A stretch of DNA of 64,000 nt from Candidatus Heimdallarchaeota archaeon. GTDB taxonomy: Archaea > Asgardarchaeota > Heimdallarchaeia > Heimdallarchaeales > Heimdallarchaeaceae. Position 1 is the first letter of the stretch; the number at the start of each line of letters is the position of its first letter. Shown here piece after piece: positions 59,013 through 64,000 of the stretch. Both the position numbers and the translations under genes were made by a program. Under the pieces are notes generated by a model. The model was given only the letters and a program-made list of their open reading frames with translations, made no database searches and had not been told where the DNA came from. Where the stretch lies: assembly GCA_019057815.1 (NCBI GenBank), contig JAHLWR010000002.1, positions 68,902 through 132,901 on the forward strand, in the 5' to 3' direction.

Positions 59013-60563
59013 TTATTTTTTCTTTGTCTTCTTTGAGATTATCCTTGTGAGTAATAAGGGAACTACTAATATTAGAAGAGTAAGTGTGAAGTTTAATGGG
59101 TTTTCATCTGTAGTAGATTCAATTGAAGTGTGTTCAGTTGTAGTATGGTCAATAACTTCATCAAGAGGGTAAAGATCGAATGCTCCAGCTGAACCATCAA
59201 TATAATAGTAACCTGTTCCCGACCAATCTGACCAAAAATTTCCTTCATTAGTGATTACATCACACCAGATATTATTATTTCCATCATCATACGCTTGGGA
59301 AGTTCCTACTAGATAATTGTCTACAAAGGTATTATGGTGAATATGATTATTATCAGAACTAGATTCTATGTATATTCCATAACCTTCATTTTCTTGCAGA
59401 AGATTGTAAGTAACGACACAAAAATCAGAAGAGGAAAGAGAGATACCTTCAAAGTTATTATTGATGCAAGTGTTGTTGGAAACAGTAGAACTACTAGTAT
59501 GGTAAAACCAGATGCCTCTCCAGTCGTTGTTGCAAGTGTTGTTGAAAACAGTAGAATTAGCAGAATAGGAAAGCCCGATGCCAATGAAGTAGTTATTGAT
59601 GCAAGTGTTGCTGGAAACAGTAGAACTAATAGAAGTGGAAAGAGAGATGCCGTACTGATTATTGTTACATGTGTTATTGGAAATAGTAGAACTATCAGAA
59701 TAATAAAGAAAAATACCTCTGTAGTTGCTGCTACAAGTGTTGTCGGAAACAGTAGAGGAAGAAGAATTGTCGAGAAAGATGCCAATATCGTTGTTATTGT
59801 TGCAAGTGTTGTTGGAAACAGTAGAACTATCAGAATTGTCGAGAAAGATGCCAACATCGCCATTGTTGCAAGTGTTGTCTATAATAGTTGAATATGTACA
59901 AGAGTAGAGAAATAGACCAGTTGTAGCATTATTTAATATTTGGTTACGCACTGTAACATTAGTACAATTGACTAATATTAATTGACCATAAACTGGTTCA
60001 GTAATTATCGTAGAGTCAAGGTTAGTGTAAAAACCTAGTTTTTTACCATTCACCCAATTATTTTCTATAGCATACGATAGGTAAGCATCAATGGTATATT
60101 CGTATATCTCTAAACCACAATTAGTAAAAGTGTTGTTGGAAATAGTAGAGTTCCCAGAACGCCAAAGCTTGATGCCACCATAGTCATTGTTGCTACATGT
60201 GTTGTTGGAAATAGTTGCTGTTCCATCAGCTACATACCTGATATAAATGCCATGGGATATTGCGTCAACATAGCAGTTACGAATAATAAAATAATTAGTT
60301 GTATTATAGATATAAATCCCAGCATATTCTGTTGTTATAATTTCCAACCCTTCAATAATATAAGGATCTTCAGCTGTTCCTGTTCCTGGAAAACTGTAAT
60401 CGGTGAAATTATCGTCAGAAATTATTTCAATTGATTCATGGGATGTCAATTCTAACGAAGTAGTTCTATAATCGTCCTCTTCAGCGGTTATTTGTACAAT
60501 GAAATTCGATGCGTAAACTGAGAATGTCAGTATTAGTAGAACTGATATTGCTTTATTTTTCAT
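59013..60563 (-). CDS. Secreted parallel beta-helix repeat surface protein, copy 2 (tandem paralog)
   Basis: Its architecture is the same as copy 1. Its C-terminus NFTLTLLILVVPLLLTRIISKKTKKK is nearly identical at the nucleotide level to that of copy 1. Confidence 0.6.
   Translation of the reverse strand: MKNKAISVLLILTFSVYASNFIVQITAEEDDYRTTSLELTSHESIEIISDDNFTDYSFPGTGTAEDPYIIEGLEIITTEYAGIYIYNTTNYFIIRNCYVDAISHGIYIRYVADGTATISNNTCSNNDYGGIKLWRSGNSTISNNTFTNCGLEIYEYTIDAYLSYAIENNWVNGKKLGFYTNLDSTIITEPVYGQLILVNCTNVTVRNQILNNATTGLFLYSCTYSTIIDNTCNNGDVGIFLDNSDSSTVSNNTCNNNNDIGIFLDNSSSSTVSDNTCSSNYRGIFLYYSDSSTISNNTCNNNQYGISLSTSISSTVSSNTCINNYFIGIGLSYSANSTVFNNTCNNDWRGIWFYHTSSSTVSNNTCINNNFEGISLSSSDFCVVTYNLLQENEGYGIYIESSSDNNHIHHNTFVDNYLVGTSQAYDDGNNNIWCDVITNEGNFWSDWSGTGYYYIDGSAGAFDLYPLDEVIDHTTTEHTSIESTTDENPLNFTLTLLILVVPLLLTRIISKKTKKK
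59400..59900. repeat. Periodic coding repeat of about 66 bp (PbH1 units) in copy 2
   Basis: The NNTC...GI[FY]L units recur at a regular period. Spurious ORFs appear on both strands in this span. Confidence 0.7.
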
Positions 60564-61112
60564 AAAATCACACTTATCTAAACTCTTTATTGAATATATC
60601 TTTTATGCAATAGATTCTTCTGTTGATAATCCTAACTAAAATATTTTTCGAGTCTATAAACCAATTTGGGAATAATTAAGTATACTCATTCGTTCTAATA
60701 TCTTCCTATCTTCAAAAAATCAAAAAAGATGAGTTTCTCGACTACAATATTAACACTTTCAGAGGTTTTTCTACTGAAAGATTGGAATCTTTCCAATACA
60801 AGAATCTTCAAGAGACAAATCTATGTGAAGATAATAGATTGGAAGCGGAAAAGGATAAAAAGGAGCTAACAAATTAAAATTAAGTTATAGATAATGATAA
60901 AAATAAAATTGTCTTTTTCGTATGTTTTCTTTGAACGATTATAGTTGGAATCTTGGAATTTCTTGGTTTTAGAGCCCCAGTTCTATTAGTATCCCAAACA
61001 ATTAAAAATTATTAAACAGAAACAATTCAGATTAAACCAAAAAAACAGTTAAAGGTCAAATTTATTTCATTAGGAGGTTTATCAACGAAATTAAAAGCAG
61101 AAAACAGTATCT

Positions 61113-61120
61113 TTATAAAA
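61113..61120 (+). promoter_or_regulatory. TATA-box-like element upstream of the EF-2 gene
   Basis: The sequence tttataaa lies about 47 nt upstream of the ATG, a spacing consistent with an archaeal TATA box plus a short 5' UTR. Confidence 0.3.
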
Positions 61121-61166
61121 AAAAGTTAAGAGCTTCGTATAACTAGATTATTGAAAGGGATAAAGT

Positions 61167-63383
61167 ATGGTTCGCGTAAAGAACGCTGAAGAAATTAGAG
61201 ATATGATAAAACATCACCCAATGGATTTAAGACGGGTATTTACTATCGCAGCTCACATTGACCATGGAAAAACAACCACTAGTGATTTTTTGCTTAGAAG
61301 AGCAGGTTTGATGTCTGATGCTGACGCTGGAAAAAAAGTTATGATGGACAGCGATGAGGAAGAACAAGAAAGAGGAATTACAATTTTTACTAGTGTGGTT
61401 CTTCTAAATTATGACTATGGTGATAAACAATATCTTTTTGAGATTAATGACACTCCAGGTCACATCAGCTTTACTGGTGAGGTGTCCCGTGCTTTACGCG
61501 GAAGTGATGGTGTCATTCTCTTAGTTGATGCTCTTGAAGGTGTGATGACCCAAACTGAGACTAATATCCGTCTTAGTATTGGCGAGATGTGTAAACCTGT
61601 CTTATTTATCAACAAGGTTGATCGTCTCATTTCTGAATTGCGTTTAGCTCCTAAGGATGTCTTTTCTAAGATTGATTCTATTATCTCACAGGTAAACAGA
61701 TTAATTAAAGCATGTGCTCCCAAAGACTTGGCTAAAGAATGGCAAGTTTCCTTTGTTAATGATTCCGTCTCTGTTGGAAGCGCAAAAGATGGATGGGCTT
61801 TTAATATGTCCACCCTTAAACGATTAGAAATCAGACCTCAAATAGTCTTTGAAAAATATGCCGAAGATAACAAGGATTGGCTAAAGACTGAACTTCCTCT
61901 CGAGGATCCTCTTCTTGAAATGGTTATTAAACACCTGCCCAATCCTGTTGAAGGTCAAAAATTGAAAATACCTCATATCTGGTCTGGTGATCTTGAGAGT
62001 GAAGTAGGTAAATCCTTGATAGAATGCGATCCAAACGGACCATTACTAGGTATGATTACAAAAATATTCATTGATCCTAAGTCTAAAAGGCCGACACTTA
62101 TTGGGCGAGTTTTTTCAGGAACACTTAGGAACTCAGATATATTGTATTTAGTTGGTAAAAAGACTAAGGTAAAAATAAAAAGATTGGGAGTTATGGAAAT
62201 TACTGACATTCTTGATGTTGATGAAGTTCCTGCTGGAAACTTATTTGCTATTTATGGTTTTATTTGCCCTGCTGGTGAAACATTCGTTTTAGATGGTGAA
62301 CAAGAGAAAATCACCGTTTTTGAGGAAATCTCTTATGTAGCTGAACCTGTAGTTAGTCGAACAATTAAACCTAAAGATCCAAAAGACATAGCGAAATTGG
62401 GCGAAGTTGTTTCCAAATGGATAATGGCCGATCCAACAGCAACTTTTAGACATGATGAAGAATCAAAGACTTATGTTCTTTCAGGAATTGATCCTCTACA
62501 AATCGAAATCTTGGTCACAAGAATTCGAGAGCAAGTAGAAATAGAAGTCAGTGATCCTATAGTTGTCTATAGAGAACTACCTACGACCAGAGGAATAGAT
62601 GTTCATTCAAAATCACCAAATGGTCATAACAGATTGCTAATTCACATAGAACCATTAGATAACAAAGCTATGGCATTATTCAAGAGCGGAAAAGTAAACA
62701 TGGATCAAGACAGAAGGACGAGAGCACAAATTCTACAAGAAGAAGCAGGATGGGAAGCAAAAGTAGCTAGAAGGATATGGACAATAAGCGAGACAAACGT
62801 ATTAATTGATGCATCAACAGGAGTCCAAAGATTAGATAATATTAAACAATATATCATTCAAGTTTTCATTGATTTCTGCAATGGATCAACACTAGCAAAA
62901 GAGCCACTAATGGGAAGTAAATATATCATAACAGATGCAACAGTACATGTAGATCCAGCACATACTGGTTTTACTGAAATTTTTCAAATGGCTTTAGCTG
63001 GTTACCACACAACCTTCCTAACAAGCGATCCTCATATACTAGAACCTATACTAATGATTGATATCAAAGTCCCTTCCGAATATGTAGGTAATATGTCTAA
63101 AGTTATTACTCAACATCGTGGAATTATTCAAGAAATGACTCAAGAAGGTGAAAATACTTTGATAAAAGGAAAGATCCCTACAGCTGAAACAATAGATTTA
63201 GCAGATGAAATACGAAGTAACAGCTCGGGAAGAGCTTTCTTTGGTTACCAATTCTTAGGTTTTGAACCAGTACCTAAAAATCTTGAAAAAGAATTAATAG
63301 AAAGTATTAGAGCGAGAAAAGAATTACCTCCAGACATTCCAGATGTTTCAAACTGGGATCGATTTATGTACAGACGCACATAA
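61167..63383 (+). CDS. Translation elongation factor 2 family GTPase (aEF-2 or a divergent EF-2 paralog)
   Basis: It has G1 (AAHIDHGKTT), DxxEEEQERGITI, a G3-like motif (DTPGHISF) and NKVDR. Its length is typical of EF-2, and domain IV ends ...TDATVHVDPAHTGFTEIFQ. Confidence 0.85.
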   Translation: MVRVKNAEEIRDMIKHHPMDLRRVFTIAAHIDHGKTTTSDFLLRRAGLMSDADAGKKVMMDSDEEEQERGITIFTSVVLLNYDYGDKQYLFEINDTPGHISFTGEVSRALRGSDGVILLVDALEGVMTQTETNIRLSIGEMCKPVLFINKVDRLISELRLAPKDVFSKIDSIISQVNRLIKACAPKDLAKEWQVSFVNDSVSVGSAKDGWAFNMSTLKRLEIRPQIVFEKYAEDNKDWLKTELPLEDPLLEMVIKHLPNPVEGQKLKIPHIWSGDLESEVGKSLIECDPNGPLLGMITKIFIDPKSKRPTLIGRVFSGTLRNSDILYLVGKKTKVKIKRLGVMEITDILDVDEVPAGNLFAIYGFICPAGETFVLDGEQEKITVFEEISYVAEPVVSRTIKPKDPKDIAKLGEVVSKWIMADPTATFRHDEESKTYVLSGIDPLQIEILVTRIREQVEIEVSDPIVVYRELPTTRGIDVHSKSPNGHNRLLIHIEPLDNKAMALFKSGKVNMDQDRRTRAQILQEEAGWEAKVARRIWTISETNVLIDASTGVQRLDNIKQYIIQVFIDFCNGSTLAKEPLMGSKYIITDATVHVDPAHTGFTEIFQMALAGYHTTFLTSDPHILEPILMIDIKVPSEYVGNMSKVITQHRGIIQEMTQEGENTLIKGKIPTAETIDLADEIRSNSSGRAFFGYQFLGFEPVPKNLEKELIESIRARKELPPDIPDVSNWDRFMYRRT

Positions 63384-63522
63384 CATCTCTTTTTCTTCTT
63401 TACTTATTCATCCTTTCATTTTTCTCTTAAACGTCATTTCTAAAATCTTCATAAACTCCTCCACCTGAAGGAAAAGGACTCCTGTTATATTCAGTTAAAA
63501 AATGGTGTGAATATGTTATTGC

Positions 63523-63939
63523 TTATTCTTCTTTTGCACTCAGTTGCTCACGTAATTTTTGATAGAACAGCTCATCTTCATCACCTATTGGCGAAAGTCC
63601 ACCTTCTGTTACAACCCCTGTTCGTTCCACTTCTTGGTATTGTTTTTCTGCATCTAGCACAGGTTCAATAGCTGATTCTAATCTTGATGAAAGTCTCTCT
63701 TGTATGAAACCTATTAACACAGTAAAGAGAAGTATGAACACTACAATTGGAATAAGTAGCAACACTACGCCTTCAGGTTCATACATTTCTAAGGAATTGT
63801 ATATTGAGGCCGGATAGCGCAGTACAAAGAGTAGTACATTTGGATTCAAAATTGCATATAATCCAGCAATCATTATCCCTACTCTAAACACTACAGAAAA
63901 TAACACATAGACAATCGTCATTAGCGGAGATATCGCCAC
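63523..63939 (-). CDS. Small membrane protein (hypothetical)
   Basis: It has 3 TM helices. The frame may continue beyond the window end. Confidence 0.35.
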   Translation of the reverse strand: MAISPLMTIVYVLFSVVFRVGIMIAGLYAILNPNVLLFVLRYPASIYNSLEMYEPEGVVLLLIPIVVFILLFTVLIGFIQERLSSRLESAIEPVLDAEKQYQEVERTGVVTEGGLSPIGDEDELFYQKLREQLSAKEE

Positions 63940-64000
63940 TGAAGCTCCTACTAGCTTGTCATCTATTCTTGAATCACTTGCTACTAGACCATCATGATAT

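Noticed and set aside
59334-59907. Three ORFs (59334..59891 +, 59366..59863 - and 59725..59907 +) overlapping beta-helix gene copy 2
   Set aside because: The reasoning is the same. They are artefacts of the periodic sequence; the ORF at 59013..60563 is the coherent gene.
1-64000. Search for CRISPR arrays, tRNA or rRNA genes, and transposase or integrase genes
   Set aside because: No regular repeat-spacer arrays were seen. No GTTCGAATC-type T-loop or cloverleaf candidates were found. No recognisable transposase or integrase motifs were found. I therefore report none.

Overview
This window is AT-rich (roughly 30-33% GC), gene-dense archaeal chromosomal DNA. The archaeal assignment rests on an aEF-2 homolog, a class-III (archaeal type IV pilin-like) signal peptide protein, a cofG/cofH F420-FO synthase pair and an MptE-like pterin kinase. 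Several eukaryote-like signature proteins point to an Asgard (Loki-like) archaeon, although this is only an inference from composition and gene content. These are a Rab/Ras-family small GTPase, an integrin-alpha-like FG-GAP beta-propeller protein carrying thrombospondin-type-3-like calcium-binding repeats, and a GT22 (Alg9/PIG-B-like) mannosyltransferase homolog. I found no rRNA, tRNA, CRISPR array or transposase. The metabolic content is a 5'-truncated tungsten-type aldehyde:ferredoxin oxidoreductase, two paralogous GlcD/LctD-like FAD-linked oxidases (one forming an operon with etfB and a ferredoxin-domain etfA, the hallmark of electron-bifurcating lactate dehydrogenase/Etf complexes), a translationally coupled four-gene operon (amidohydrolase-ribD reductase-cofG-cofH), and a PTPS/MptE pterin gene pair. 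An unusually large fraction of the window encodes secreted, C-terminally membrane-anchored surface proteins, including two tandem parallel-beta-helix repeat paralogs full of N-glycosylation sequons, a CARDB-like 1021-aa protein, and a GC-rich pair that looks horizontally acquired. The most notable observations follow. The EF-2 homolog diverges at normally invariant motifs, including the diphthamide loop. The two FAD-oxidase paralogs share near-identical 3' nucleotide tracts, which suggests gene conversion. A CopG-like RHH ORF missing from the ORF track sits next to a start-less ORF and may be a frameshifted NikR-like regulator. A perfect 10+10 bp palindrome lies between a divergent HxlR regulator and a membrane protein. 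A membrane protein carries an in-frame 87-bp tandem duplication. A solute-binding protein has its family-5 motifs in circularly permuted order.
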